Shown here: positions 11,625 through 25,912 of the stretch, one piece after another
Layout: the number at the start of each line of letters is the position of its first letter
Numbering within the stretch: position 1 is the first letter of the stretch
Assembly (NCBI GenBank): GCA_034780895.1
Contig: JAUZTB010000069.1
Span: 9,077,476 to 9,141,475, forward strand
Reading direction: 5' to 3'
From: Rhynchobatus australiae
Taxonomy: Eukaryota
Length of the DNA: 64,000 nucleotides
The notes under the pieces: generated by a model
Seen by the model: the letters and a program-made list of their open reading frames with translations, nothing else
Databases searched by the model: none
What the model was told of the DNA's origin: nothing
Made by a program: the position numbers and the translations under genes

Positions 11625-14600
11625 CTGAAAGGGGAAGAAATCAGATAACATTTCGAGATTCTTACTAAATAATTCATCAAAATGATTGTTTCCAATTATT
11701 TAAAATCTAATCCATCTTGACTGACTTGTTTTAAAAGAGACCATTTTTAAGATTCCCCAAACAGTAAAACAAATAAATCAGCATTTAATGGTTGTTCTGT
11801 TTCAACGGCGTTATTATATACACACTAAAATGCTATGCATTTCTCAATNNNNNNNNNNNNNNNNNNNNNNNNNNNNNNNNNNNNNNNNNNNNNNNNNNNN
11901 NNNNNAACCGTTTCCCCAAAGGTGTGTGAATAAACTGATCAGCTGAGTTCTAGGAATTGTGCAAAATCAGTTTTTCTGTTACTGACTGCAGATCATTTTT
12001 ATAGGCTTAATTGATTACAAAATCTTCATTCAAAATCTCATGGGAATTTTGTCCCCTCATTTCCAAAAGCTTTGTGCATTGTGACGCAGGGAGTGAACGT
12101 ACTCTGGCATCCTGGCTGTGCAGTCACAGGATTGGCCAGAGACCAGTAGCAAGATCATTCACCCAGGAAAGGCATCACACCCAATCCTGACCACGCATCT
12201 TCACAGCTGGCAGTTATGATGGTCAAACTCCATCCTATAACAGTCAACCATTCCCTAGACAAGCCAGATGACCCATCTTGGGGAAAGGGAGAAGGAGAGG
12301 ACTTCAAGCAATCTTTTTTTTAAAAAATCTACCATACTAATTTGACAAAAAGCCAAAAAAATTGTCCTGAAATGATTAATAAATAGTATACCATTTGTCA
12401 ATCAGTTTTTAATGAATTCAACATTGTAAAAACAAATATCTCAGAAGTTCAACCAATCAGACAACCTATTTGGTACTTGAGCCTTTCACACCATTGTAAG
12501 TTACAGCTCAAATTTGCTAAGGTATTAAATTAACAAAATGGATACATAAAATGCAAAACTCCACTTTAACAAGATCTGTAAACTTGGGTGAAATATCTCA
12601 GTGATCAAAAATACTTTGTCCTTGCCCTACCTCTCTACCAACACCACACGTGATTTTTGGAAATAATTCTTTTTTTAAAAAAGTGAAAGTAAAACAAGCA
12701 TATAATGGTTGTTTTGTCTCAATTGCATTGCCACATAAGCTCTAAAAAGCTATGCTTTTTTTCAGTGGATTTATCTCGAATGTTGCACTGTACCAGTTTA
12801 AAATGTTAATAGTACAAACNNNNNNNNNNNNNNNNNNNNNNNNNNNNNNNNNNNNNNNNNNNNNNNNNNNNNNNNNNNNNNNNNNNNNNNNNNNNNNNNN
12901 NNNNNNNNNNNNNNNNNNNACTGCCTGTGTTTGTCCTGAGGAAGTATCCTGACTCCAGTCTTGTATCGGTGTGCTGCATTTGGGTTCTCTGAGTTTACTC
13001 TAGATCAACATTGTGACAAGTAAACTTTATCCTGAGCTCCTGAATCATATGAAATACTAATTTCACTTGTATAATACCCTGAGTCAGCTCCAAGGAATGA
13101 CATCATCAAAGGGGAACTTTCAAAAAAAAGTCTTTGTGTTGAAGTTATCTAGGTGTAATTCACCAATGGATACTATTAACATTTCTATTTAGGAACTTTG
13201 TCTGAGAGATGTTTATGTCCTTGCCTCTGAACGTTTTAAGAAAATTATGGTTTGATAGCTTGGAAAGTGGAAACAAGCGCTGGTCACCAAACTCATAGTG
13301 GTTTCTTTGTAAAATCATCTGAAAGCCCAAAAGCTTCTTGCATTGGATGCCCTGTGTGGCATGGTACAGAAAGACTGCTGTAAATGTGCCAGTGCAATTG
13401 GTGAGGAGTAAGTCTACAAACGTGGAAATGAATGATGAGTTTGCACTGAAGAATGGGGTTCAGCCATGCGGTTATTTAACAACAGCATCGCTGAAACGTT
13501 TACTGTGGTCCAGAACAATTCAAATCATCAAGGCTTTGACAAATATCCCATAAAAAATATGACTTGGAGCATTAAAGATAGATTTAAAACACATTGGTAT
13601 TTTTTAACAAAATTAAACAATAGAATTGGGAAAATTGAGCAATATGAAAAAAGTGCTAAGCAATAAAATATCCACAAGATAGATACATTTAAAAAGACAA
13701 CTGTTAGTTTTCTCTGTCCATAAATGTTTGATTATATGTAATTTATTCTGATGACAAAGTTGTATTCTTGTGCCCTGTTATAATGTAAAACAAGCAAAAA
13801 AAAATATACTTGAGCTAGCCAAAACTTTTCCTTGGTATTTATTTGCAATCCTAACAAGAAAAAAAAGTTGTTTATTCTCTAATATTAGTACCAAGGTCAA
13901 AATTAATTTATTCTTGACAATTTATTGCCCCCTCCCCACACCCCCACTAGTAATGGCTAAAGTATAGCAGTAAATGAACATTGGCTAATTATTAAATAAT
14001 ATGATAATAAAATATACATTCTAGTTTCTCCGAATTTTCCTCCCTTTTGGATTCATCTATTCTAGTTTATGCTTCCAATGCACACTGCAAGTACTTGACT
14101 CAGTTGAAGGCATTTCTTTTTATATCTCTCGCCTTTTGAGAATTTAGTTTACNNNNNNNNNNGACGTGCATTAGTTCTTGCCAGAAACAGTCATTTGTGA
14201 GGTGTCTGATGATTGAAGGCTCTTATGCCCTACTTAAGTGATAACTTTGGCTTGTCAGGCAAGTGCGAGGTAATAAACAGATCTTATGTTGATTAAATTA
14301 GAAGCTTTAGGCAGAGTTATAGTGGAAAAAAAACCTGAGATAAACAAGAAATGCCACTCAACAGATCAATAAACACAAAAAAAAAGGTTAAAATTCAAGT
14401 GTGCATCTGAAATATTAACTAGTCTTGTTCTTTTTCCAAATGCTCATGAACCCACTGAGTACCTTCAGAATTCAATACATTTTATTAGACAATGATATCA
14501 AGGATTGGTTGAATGTATTTTTACAGGCCTATCAAAATTTATATAATGCGATATGCTTTACTCGCCTGTTTTAAACAGTGCACGAGGCACTCTTGATCAA

Positions 14601-14987
14601 AGGTTGGATTTTTTAAAAAGTCAAGGGACCTAAATCTTATGATGTTTTAAAGTAGGAAAAATCACTCTCAGCAAATAAAAGAGACCTGAAAATAGAACAC
14701 AACTTGAAGGCCATCATCTTCACAATCAAAAGGAGGGTCTGAGATTACATTTGAATTCACTTTTTAAAAAAATATATTATCCTTCATTTTCTGAGAAAAT
14801 TGCTATGTAAAGAATATTAAAATGTCATCATTGTCAATTTAACTTGCATTGTTTTATCTTAATTTACCTTTGTTCTGTAGTTTTAATAGTTTGGTGAATT
14901 GAGATCAACTTCAATGGGACTCATTCGCCTAGACATTTAGTGAATAAAATGACAGTTGCAACAAACTGTGATAATCTTTTCACTCAC

Positions 14988-15169
14988 CCACTAAGATCAT
15001 TATCTATCACCATCTTCTGCAGCCCTGAGGATATGCTGCTATTAGGGGGATTTGGCGTTGAAGTGCAAGGCTCAGAAGTTGACGGTGCAGGTACAGCTCC
15101 TGGATTGGTCAGCACTGTATTGACATCTCTTAAAATGCGGGGCAAAGGGCCAAGCTTTGTTGCAGTTGC
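14988..15169 (-). CDS. DAB2IP: DAB2IP coding exon, 182 bp: [16 protein letters not shown]...[12 protein letters not shown](G)
   Basis: Acceptor ctgttctccag|GCA; donor AGT GG|gtgagt; ORF 14984..15190. Confidence 0.95.
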
Positions 15170-15304
15170 CTGGAGAACAGAGAAATCCAAACAAGCAACT
15201 TAGTGACTTGATTCCTAGGGATGTGTAAACCAGTAAGAGTGAACAATTTGAGAAGTAGGTTATGCATATGTATTACTATTCAAATATTAATCAAGAAGCA
15301 TTGT

Positions 15305-15760
15305 GGTACACAAGAAAAATACCATGCTGCTGGAAATCTGAAACTAAATCAGAAAATGTTAGAAATATTCAGCAGTTCAGACAGCATCTGTAGAGAGAGA
15401 TCAGAATAAAGCCTCAAAATAAAGGGACTCAGATGAGGAGGAATCTCTTCAGCCAGAGGGTGGCGAATCTGTGGAATTGTTGCCACAGAAGCCTGTGGAG
15501 GCCAAGTCGTTAGGTGTATTTAAGGCAGAGATTGATAGGGTCTTGATTGGTCAGGGGGTTAAGGGTTACTGGGAGAAGGCAGGAGAACGGAGTTGAAACA
15601 AAAATCAGCCAGGATTGAATGGCAGAGCAGACTTGACGGGCCGAATAGCCTAATTCAGCTCCTATATCTTTTGGTCTTATCGAAAGGTCATCAATCTGAA
15701 ATGTCAGCTATACTTCTCTTTCCAGTCTGACCTGAACTTAACCAGTTTTTTTTTGCTAAA
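15305..15760 (+). mobile_element. Short repeat (gctgctggaaatctgaa...cagcatctg) with a nested CR1 3' end at about 15410-15680
   Basis: ttcagccagagggtggcgaatctgtggaatt...aatcagccaggattgaatggcagagcagacttgacgggccgaatagcctaattc. Confidence 0.6.
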
Positions 15761-16919
15761 AAAAGGACAAATGACATATGTAGGAAAAATGACATATTGC
15801 CAGTAGAAATAGAAATCTATCTTCAATTCCACACATTAAAAGCTCTTAGTAGTCACTTTATAGCCCACCCTGCACTTCTACCCATTCTCAGCCATGTCTG
15901 TATAAACAACAACTACAGTTACATGTTTGAAGTATGTATTCAGCAGAGCTTTGTATCCAGACCCACGATTGGCCTTTGACAATTTAGGAATAGATTTAAA
16001 AGGAAAGTAATTATCATGAAATGACTTGTTTGCCAACGGCCTTGGAAAGCTCATTCTTCATACTTTGTGTTCATCTAACGAGTAGTCATTTCTTAAGGAC
16101 TGTTAGTTCTTGTTCTTAAATGATCTACAGTGGATAAGGAAAGCTTTTAAGAACACGATGATGTTAGCCACTTCCACAGCAACAGTATTGTCTTAGCAGA
16201 CCAGGCCATGCCAAATTATGTCTGAATTCAACACCTGACTTTTAAAATCACATTGTAAACATACTACATAAAAAATTAACCCTTGGCCTCTTCTTGCCAG
16301 CTATTTCCCATATACATTTCCAAGTTCTCAGTTGTTGTGGAAATTGCTGGTACACCATTAAACCACAAGTACAACCTCTCGTCAATAGTGGCATTGTGGC
16401 ACCTCAGCTGTGGATCTCGCAGCCCTCGGATCCTGTTTCCCAAATTGCTGTATGGTTTCTACTTACTTGACTTTATACCATTTATGATTAATGTACAACT
16501 TTAAAAATGATGTATACATACACTGATTCAATAAACCACCATCTCCACATTCCACTTCATTTAAAGGTGACATTAACTCTAACTCCCTGCCTCAAATATA
16601 ATGCTCGATCAACTAGAAAATAACATATTCCATTTATAGAGTGCCTTAACATGGTAAAAACATCTCTGAACACTTCACAGAAGTGCGATCAAACAAATAG
16701 CTCACAGTACAAGCCACCTACATATATATAACAAAATCTAAACAATAATTTGATTTGCATAAGCAAAAGAGGGAGAGTATATCTAATGCCATATAGAAGA
16801 ACCCACACCTGATGAAAGGCTAGGACTAAACACTACACTCAATCTCAAGTGATATGCGAGCTCTGTACTGATTTAGCTAAAAGCAGCTATTGGATTTAAA
16901 TGTTGATATGAAAGTACAC

Positions 16920-17121
16920 CTGTTCCATTTGAGAAACCACTTCCCAGAGCAGCGAATGTAGAGTGGAGAGTTCACGGCCCAGATCAATGTACCCTTCAAA
17001 TCCAGCTGTATTTGAAATGGTTTCTGGATTGGAAATTTCCAGTAAGAATCGCTGCATGTTCGTCCATTCATGCTCGAGGAATTGATTCATGAAAGACATG
17101 TATTCCTCTTTGCTACCAAAC
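16920..17121 (-). CDS. DAB2IP: DAB2IP coding exon, 202 bp (end of RasGAP): [19 protein letters not shown]...[11 protein letters not shown]
   Basis: Acceptor gaaaacag|G TTT GGT; donor GAA CAG|gtgtac; ORF 16896..17099. Confidence 0.96.
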
Positions 17122-18384
17122 CTGTTTTCAAAACATCAATGTCAAAATTCCAATTACTCATTAAATCTCAGCATCAACAAAAATTACATCACAGCAGTCT
17201 GAACTATTATGAAATAAACTTGCTAAAGATACATTCAATCAAATAACATTCAGAGATTTGGTGCTTGATCTGTTTGCCTGCAGTTTACCTTACCAAAATC
17301 ATTTATGAATTCCAGATCCTGAGTCTAACCAAATTCTTAATTTTGTCCTTAATTTAGAGGTGCTTGATAAACTGCAGGTTGGCAGATTCCTGCACAGGTT
17401 ACTATTATCCACTTAGTGTTTCTCTGAAATGCACAAAATCCATATCAACTGTGATCATTTTTTTTAATCAGGAACTGGAATTATCTACTGTCTAGACTGC
17501 ATTTTTGCAAAAGAAGCACGACTCAGGTTTGCAGGACTTCAAAAGGCTAATTCTAACTGATGGATAAGGGGGAGAGCTTAAGATAAAACTTCAAAGATCA
17601 TTCAGCCACACCCAAGATATTTTCTACCAGGATCTTATCATAAAAGTATGGGGAATTGTCAATAACCATTATCAAATGAAAAACTATTCCTAATCTTAGC
17701 CGATGTCAAATTGATAAGCAATGGGGTAACTTTTCATCTTTACTCCTGGATGAAACCNNNNNNNNNNNNNNNNNNNNNNNNNNNNNNNNNNNNNNNNNNN
17801 NNNNNNNNNNNNNNNNNNNNNNNNNNNNNNNNNNNNNNNNNNNNNNNNNNNNNNNNNNNNNNNNNNNNNNNNNNNNNNNNNNNNNNNNNNNNNNNNNNNN
17901 NNNNNNNNNNNNNNNNNNNNNNNNNNNNNNNNNNNNNNNNNNNNNNNNNNNNNNNNNNNNNNNNNNNNNNNNNNNNNNNNNNNNNTACAGTTCTTTCGAT
18001 TTTCATTGTTTGCTTCTGTTCAAAGGTATCCCTATACCGTTTAGATTTATTGCAAATATTTTCATTTTGATTTTAAAAATGCCAATGGATGCTTTGAATA
18101 TTTTGTGTCCTGCACTGAATTTGCTGATTATTGAAGTGCTGTTGTTAACTGGTAGATACAAACAGGGCAAGGAGCCCCAGCAAACAATACCTAGAAGTAA
18201 CCAACACATGTTTGCATGGACGAACATTTACTGGCATATGAAGATACTTGAATTATAAATGATGTGCAAAAGCAAATGACTGCTTGCATTTCGCTCCACT
18301 TCTCCAATATAAGACTGCACAAGTACAATATTTAAAAGTGTTTTTGCAAAATGAAATTTAACTATACATGAATGTTGATCTTTA

Positions 18385-19330
18385 TTGCAAAGGGGAAGGA
18401 GTATAAATATAGGGCAGCCTTGTTACAACCAAATAGGGCATTGTTGAAACCACAACTGGAGTATTGTGCACAATTGTGGTCTCTTATTTAGAGGGGGATA
18501 AATATGTGATGGAGGCATCTGAGAGATGGTTTATTCCTGAAATGAAGGAATTCACTTATAACTGAAGGTTGAACAGATGGGATCTAAACTCATTGAGGTT
18601 GAGAACTATGTGAGGTAATCTCATTCAAGAATAAAATTCTGAGGGGTTTGGGATTGTAGATACTGAGGGAACCTTTCTTCTCCTGGGGGAACAGAGAACT
18701 AGGGACAAAGTTTCAGAAAAAAAGATTGCCCATTTAAGACAATGGTAAGANNNNNNNNNCTTCACTCAGAGGATCATGAATTATTGGAATTCGCTACTCA
18801 GATAGTATGAAGGTAGTACAGTGGTTAAATTACCAGATTAGTAACCCAGGGACCCGGACTAACAATAAACACAGCCAAGTTCAAATTCCACCATAGGAGT
18901 TGTGCAATTTAAACTTAGTTAACATTGTAGAATTTTAAACAAAAACAGCCATTGCTGGATGTTTTATTTATAAATCTGGCTCACTAATGTTCTTCAAGGT
19001 AGGAAGTCAGCCATTTTTATCTGGTCTGGCTTACATGGGACTCAAGGCTCTCCAATGTGGTAAATGCCCATTAAAATAGCCTGGAAAGCCATAGTTCAAG
19101 GACCATTAGACATGGACAATCCCAAAAATAAATTGAAAAGTTTATGGGGGTCTGAATTATTGTATATATTCAAGGCTGAGATTTTTGGTTTGCAGCAGTG
19201 TCAAGGGTTATGGGGAAGAGACAGTAAAGTGGAACTGAGGCCAGGATCACATCAGCTGTGATTTACTGAACAGTGGAGCAGATTAGATGATATAACCTAC
19301 ATCTTCTCTCAGTTCTTATTTTATTATGTA
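18385..19330 (+). mobile_element. CR1 LINE fragment interrupted at about 18810-19080 by a tRNA-derived (Deu/SacSINE-like) SINE
   Basis: CR1 motifs either side. The insert has A-box-like tagtacagtggttaa, B-box-like gttcaaattcc, and ctggctcactaatgttcttc...ggtctggcttacat. Confidence 0.5.
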
Positions 19331-19983
19331 ATCACCTCACCCCGAGAAACCAATACAAGAATTCTAATCGCCAACCTAATGAATCATGATGCAGCAAATT
19401 CCGTATGGATACAACTCCAAAGTTAAATCTACCATTGACACTACAGAAGAACACCACTCCTTGCAGCTTGGGTTTAAATTCACAGGACTTTATTGCTGGT
19501 GCAGATTCAGAATTCTCAAAAGTTGCACTTTGATCTGTACCTTTGATTTCAAAACAAGAAGCTACAGCACTGAACAGTGATCAGATTTTCATAGAGTAAA
19601 ACTTCAATAATTCACTATTCAGAAGTTAAAGTGTCTCAGCATCTAGTTCAGGAGGTGACGTTTGCCATTTTCCCTTCCTACTCACTGGCCCGTCTCCCTT
19701 TAAACTTACTTGGGTCACTGGAAAATTTATTACAATACTATGTGACATCTAAAAAAAAATGAATTAAAAGTGTTGACGTAATTATAGAAATAACATCTCA
19801 TAGTTTAGAAAAATCTGATTTTTAGAAAATCGGAGTTTTACCATAATTGGCTATCTTAGATAATTTATCTAATAAATTAGATTAAGAACAAATATCTAAG
19901 GATAAATTCAGCAAGTGTTTAATTTTATAGAGTGCTGAATGAGCTATATGGATACACAAGCATATCTGATAAAGAACATTTTG

Positions 19984-20123
19984 TGTCTGCCAGCATATGC
20001 ATAATGTGACAGTGCATGTGTCTGCATATACATGCAGATTCATGTGTGTGTGCATGCTTGTACACATGAATATGTGCATGTATATGCAGACATGTACACT
20101 GTCACAGTATACAGATGCAGACA
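19984..20123. repeat. Imperfect inverted repeat in purine-pyrimidine alternating sequence
   Basis: 20005-20047 pairs with 20062-20106; tgtctgc (19984) pairs with gcagaca (20117-20123). Confidence 0.85.
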
Positions 20124-20230
20124 GACTTTTATTTGCTTTCAGACATTAATTTCAGGTCTAAAAAATTTGGATCCAATGATTGTGTCACAAACCACAACTT
20201 TCAAATTGAAGCTAATAAAAAGACACTTAC

Positions 20231-20467
20231 TTGGCAAAATTAGCTAAGTTCTGGGTAACCTTGGCTATTAGAGTCAGTGTGCGTGCCGTGCGGTCATCTG
20301 GGTATTCCTGCAGGAGGTTGAAGAGAGAAGGGGACATGATGGCAGGGCAGAGGAACCGCAGGAAGAGGGAAGCACTTATTAGTCTCTCACTGATGTCAGG
20401 TCGCCCTCGGTTGCTACACTCCTGTCGCCACGATGCAAACACTTCCTTCAATTCTCGTGGAAATACG
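20231..20467 (-). CDS. DAB2IP: DAB2IP coding exon, 237 bp (RasGAP FLR motif): [13 protein letters not shown]...[15 protein letters not shown]...QNLANFA(K)
   Basis: Acceptor attcaacag|C GTA TTT; donor GCC AA|gtaagt; RasGAP signature [12 protein letters not shown]. Confidence 0.97.
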
Positions 20468-22224
20468 CTGTTGAATAATCAATTTGTTGTAGTGAAGCAA
20501 AATTATTTCTCTCCTTATGTGGTGTTAGCTAGGTATTGAAAGCTAGGAATCATGTTATTTTAACAGCTATATGAATATTTCATTTACTAAATTCCTTCTG
20601 TAATTTCAAGTGCATGCAGAAGTTACAAAATGAATATGGGATGCACATAGAAAACATATTGGGCTTACAACAACTGAGTTTCATGAATACTTACTAACAA
20701 ATCAATTTTGCCATAATATGAACAGCTCTGGTGGAATCCTATAGAATAAACTGAACATTTTTTGAACAACATTATCATGAATTTTGCTATTTCTTCCACA
20801 AACAGCAGCTCTTCCACTGAAGAATTAACTATTGATCATTACACATACATTATAAATCATGATCATACCTTCTATCCTCATTTTGCTGAAGAAATAAAGA
20901 TAGAAAGCTGTTATAATTATGAGCTTTTGCTAGGATTGAGTTAAGAGGGAATGACACTGGTGTAGCTGCACAATTATTTTTAAATTATTTGCAAAACGTG
21001 TTTTTAACAAACCTGTAAATGTATCTCCTTATGAATTAAACAAAAAGCATTTCATGCATTTTAAAATTAAGAATACTTTGCTATGTTCAAACTTGCTTGG
21101 AAATTGAAGGACCATTTTAGTGCTCAACTTTAAAACTGGCTGATTGAAAAACCTTGTTACTGCTTGGCAATTGCCAGTAAAAGTAAAATATTTGTCATCC
21201 ATATTCTAATGTTAGTTACACAACCCAATGTAGAACATACAGCTAGAATTGAGCCTTTCATGCTAATGTTCAACAATAGATCTTTTTATTAATATGTATC
21301 ATAGATCCGAGCAATGACAACTCTTTTTGGTGATAATGTAAGCGAATTAAAAAGGCGAACAACATTCAACAGCCATGCTTCCCCAGCACATATAAAAATG
21401 CCTTTAACTATCAATGTGCAGTGTTGATACACTGCCACTAATACTGCAATTCAATTGTCTACCTTGTGATTTATAAATAGTCAGTGTTGGTTAACCATCT
21501 GATGTGACTTGACTAGCTTCTGGTTTATAACTTAAGCTGCTTAACCATGATGCACTGCAATCAAAATAAGATAATGTGTCATATTTATGCAATGTACGAA
21601 TATGAATGCAAATCAGTCAGATTAATTTACAGGCTCAATTATTACCCATTGATTTTTGGAATGAATAACCTAATTTCTCAAAAAAATATCATGCAACAGC
21701 GGCTTGTGGATCCTAATGTTAATGNNNNNNNNNNNNNNNNNNNNNNNNNNNNNNNNNNNNNNNNNNNNNNNNNNNNNNNNNNNNNNNNNNNNNNNNNNNN
21801 NNNNNNNNNNNNNNNNNNNNNNNNNNNNNNNNNNNNNNCCAGACATTAAACTTCTTCAAATGAAAAGCATGAAAACTCTGGGCAAACATAGATGATTGTA
21901 CAGAAGTCACAAGATTTTGCAGATATGTCTATCCTGGCATCTAAATTATTTTTCCAGAGCTATTACACAAAATTCAAATGTTATTAATTAGCAACGATAA
22001 TTATAGATGAAAAGTCACTGGCCTGGAACATTAATTCTGTACCTCTTGATAGAGATGCTGCCTAACACAATGAGCATTTCTCACATTTTCTGTTTCAGAT
22101 TTGCAGCTTCCACTGTATATTGGTTTGCATAACAATTTTAAGTCTGCTGCAGAGATGACCATTTGTCTATGCCAACAAACCCCACTTCCTAGCTCTCAGC
22201 CTGGAGCTCAGTAGTTGTACAAGA

Positions 22225-23690
22225 AAATAGGAAGACAAGGTCACCTGGCCCCTCAAACCTCTCCCACCATTCAATACGATCATGGATGATCCACGCTGGC
22301 CTCAATTCCTCGTCAACTCGTTGATCTTTCAAATAATCCAGCTTCCAACCCCCTTTGAAGCAGAGAATTCCAGAGATCCACTAACCTCTTAGACAAGAAA
22401 TTTCTACGCAGCTGAGTTTTAAATAACTGGTCCTTATTTTTGTAGCCATGTCCCTTGTTCATGACAATCCCACTAGTGAAAACATTTCAACATCTACCCC
22501 ATCAAGTCCCCTAGGGATCTTACATGTTTGAATAAGGTCACCCCTCATTCTTAACTGAGGAATACAGACTGAAACTATCTAGCCTCTCACTTGCCTAGGT
22601 TTGATTATCCTCATATTTTCTAAATGATTAGTTACTTCCTCTTTGATTATTGACTCTGGCATCTTGCCAACGATAGAGTTAAACCAACTGGCCAATTGTT
22701 CCCTGCCTTCTGTCTTTTTGAACAAGGGAGTCAACATTAGATGTTTTCCAACCTTTGGGTAATTCTTAGAATTTAACGAATTTTAAAAAATTTCAACCAA
22801 TGGGTCCACTTTCTCTGTAGCCACTTCCTTTAAAACTCTTGGGTGCAGGCCACTGGGTCCTGGTGACCTGTCTGCCTTTAGTCTCAGGAGTACCTCTAGT
22901 ACNNNNNNNNNNNNNNNNNNNNNNNNNNNNNNNNNNNACGTTATTTGAAAATAGTCCATCTGTTGTCTTGGGGACATTTGCAGTGCCCTCCATGATGATA
23001 ACTAATGTAAAATATTCACTTAACATGTCTGCCATTTCATTGTTTCTTGTTATTAATTCATAGAACAGTACGGCATAGGAACAGGCCTTTTGGCCCACAA
23101 TGTCTGCACCCAATGTGATGCTGAATTAGACCAAATCTCTTCTGCCTGTACATGATCCACATCCCTCCATTCCTTGCATATTCATTTAACAGCCTCTTAA
23201 ACACCACTATCATAGCTGCCTCCACCCCTACCCCTGGCAGCTTAAAATTTCCCCCTCTTGCCATAAATGCATGTCCTCTAGTACTTGACATTTTCACCCT
23301 GGGAAAAAGATTCTGATGGTCTACACCCTATCTATGCCTCTCATAAACTTCTATCAGGTCTCCCCTCAGCCTCCAACACTGGAGAGAAAACAACCCAAGT
23401 TTATCCAACCTCTCCTAATAGCTCATACTCTCCAATCCAGGCAGCATCCTAGTAAACCTCTACTATACCCTTTCCAAAGCCTCCACATCTTTCCTGAAAC
23501 AGAGGGACCAGAATTGCACACAATATTCCAAGTGCAACCTAACCAAAGTTTTAGAAAGCTGCAACATGACTTCCTGACTCTAATACTCAATACCCCGAAC
23601 AATGAAAGTAGGCAAGCCATACACTTTCTTTACCACATCTACTTGTGTGGCCACTTCCAGAAAGCTATGGACCTAGAATGTTGAGCACCC
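22225..23690 (-). mobile_element. Nested CR1/HER1-type LINE fragments
   Basis: Minus-strand LKADRSPGPSGLHPRVLKEVA (CR1 ORF2 motif). A better-preserved 3' piece lies at about 23060-23690 (tagaacagtacggcataggaacaggccttttggcccac). Confidence 0.75.
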
Positions 23691-25321
23691 AGTCCTGGAT
23701 ATCCTGTAACCACATCTCCGTAATAGCCAGCGCACATCAAGTATTTATCCAGGTACTTTTTAAATGTCATGAGAGAATTAGTCTCAACTATTTTTTAGGC
23801 AGTGACTGGGTTAAATATTGGGTGAAACTTAATTGCACATGTTTTATAGGAAAATACTATTGCTATTCAACTAAGTCAGTCTTTTGTACTTAGAGTGATA
23901 TGATCATTGTCATCCATTGCAAGATAAACTCAATCTTAAATGAATTTTTAAACAGGTCTATAACGGTGAAAAGAAACAATTTAAATCTTTCAATGGCTGG
24001 TTAAAAGAAGACTGGATGACAAGCTTGTTAAAACAAATCCTGCAGAAGACTAGAAAGAGGAAGGAACAACATGCAGCATCCTCAGGGAACTTTTACTGAC
24101 TAATGGAATTAATGTGAACTGACCTAACAGATACGTTAAAAAAATAATTTCAAATCTACCTTTCAATCCCACTGCTCAGTATCTTTCTCACACTAAAATG
24201 ATAAATAGCAAGTGCTTTAAATATGCAGTAGGCCCCCACTGTGTTTCAGTGGGGTTCTACAACAATGTGTCACATCAATGAGCAACCAAGTTATAATAAT
24301 TCGCAAAAGCCACATAAGCTGCAAGCAGCACTATGAAAATTGCCAGAGTAGTGGTTGAGTGAATAAAGTGAAACAAATGTTTAAATTTACCCTGAGTTTC
24401 CTGGTTACAGTAACTGTAATATGGTTTAAATTTTTCTGTTATTTTGATTATACTGCAACAGGAAAATAAAAGATGGAGGTAACATACATGTAGTTTTTTT
24501 TTTAGAAAGTGACAATTACTAACCCAATNNNNNNNNNNNNNNNNNNNNNNNNNNNNNNNNNNNNNNNNNNNNNNNNNNNNNNNNNNNNNNNNNNNNNNNN
24601 NNNNNNNNNNNNNNNNNNNNNNNNNNNNTTTTAGAAAGTGACAATTACTAACCCAATTATTAGTTTAACAGAATTTTGGCAGAGTTATGGATAAGGATAA
24701 GTTATATGGGGGAAAACACTTCCAGAATTTTTTCCCTCCTGATAAGAAATATTCTCTTGAAACTTTCCTGCAGAGGCTAAAATTCTTACGAATGAAAATG
24801 AGAGGAAACTGCACAAATAGGAACTAATAATAAATATTTTATTTAATCCTGATGATTGCTGATTATGCAAATTGAAAACCATTTCTAAGCAAAACAAAGA
24901 TTAAACAGATTAATTGATGTTTGTGAATGAAAATAGGCTTGGTAATCAACATATGATGCCTTTCAGTCTAAATGCACAGCTGTTGCTTAACACAAGTTAA
25001 AAAGGAATGAAAAACAAAAACTGTACATTTGCCAACTGAAAATGCCAGGAAACATTACAGATCTAGTCCTTCAACAGGACATAAAATTCTAGTCCCAAGC
25101 AAAAATCCTGGACCTGAAATATTAACTATTTCACACTCCTTAGATACTGCCTAACAAGTTGAATATTTTCAGCATTTTATGTTTTTATTTTGTTTTTACT
25201 ATCTTCACTGATCCACCATGCATTCTGTTATTATTTAAAGACCTAGTTAAGAGCTTATAGCAACTAGTAAATGGAAAAGCAGCATAGGAAATCTCTTCTG
25301 AAGAACAATGAGACAACTAAC

Positions 25322-25466
25322 CAGTAAGAATTAATGATCTTGCAAAAGGCCAGCTCGCAGCACATTTTCAGGTTGCTCTGATGTTCAGCGAGGTCTCCTG
25401 ATGAGCATTTGTTTGGATCCACCTCACAATTTTCATCTGATTCATAGAGAGCCTTGATGAACTCTC
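25322..25466 (-). CDS. DAB2IP: DAB2IP coding exon, 145 bp (RasGAP): (G)[47 protein letters not shown](C)
   Basis: Read manually. Acceptor tttttaacag|GA GAG TTC; donor TAC TG|gttagt; phase 1 in, phase 2 out. Confidence 0.95.
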
Positions 25467-25912
25467 CTGTTAAAAATAAATAATCACATTAAATCTCCAA
25501 GCCATACATATGGAAAACTAATTTTGATTAACAGCACATTGAAAAGAAAATCTATATTAAAAAAAATCTCTTTTCAAGCCTTTCTTTAATCATTAATTGT
25601 ACGGTGTACTCAAGCCTAATATGCATTTGGGATTTACCTTAACCCAGCTGGATAGAACATATTATTGCCTGCAGCTGAAATGGTAAAAACAGGAATAATG
25701 AAAAAATAGGTAGCACCAGAAATCTGTCATATTCTAAATAATAGGGCAATGGCAGACTACAACTGGGGATTCATTCACAAACAATATCCACATTTCCAAA
25801 GATGTAATATAAAATTTTTCAACTGTGTGTTATTATTTGCCTGATTACATAGCGTTTTCTTTTGAGACCAAAAGTAAAGCAAATTTCATTTTCAATCCCC
25901 CATTTGGTGTAC

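Noticed and set aside
11625-11695. ORF extensions beyond splice sites (also 48324-48440, 25845-25912)
   Set aside because: Intronic read-through; exon limits are set by GT-AG sites and phase continuity.
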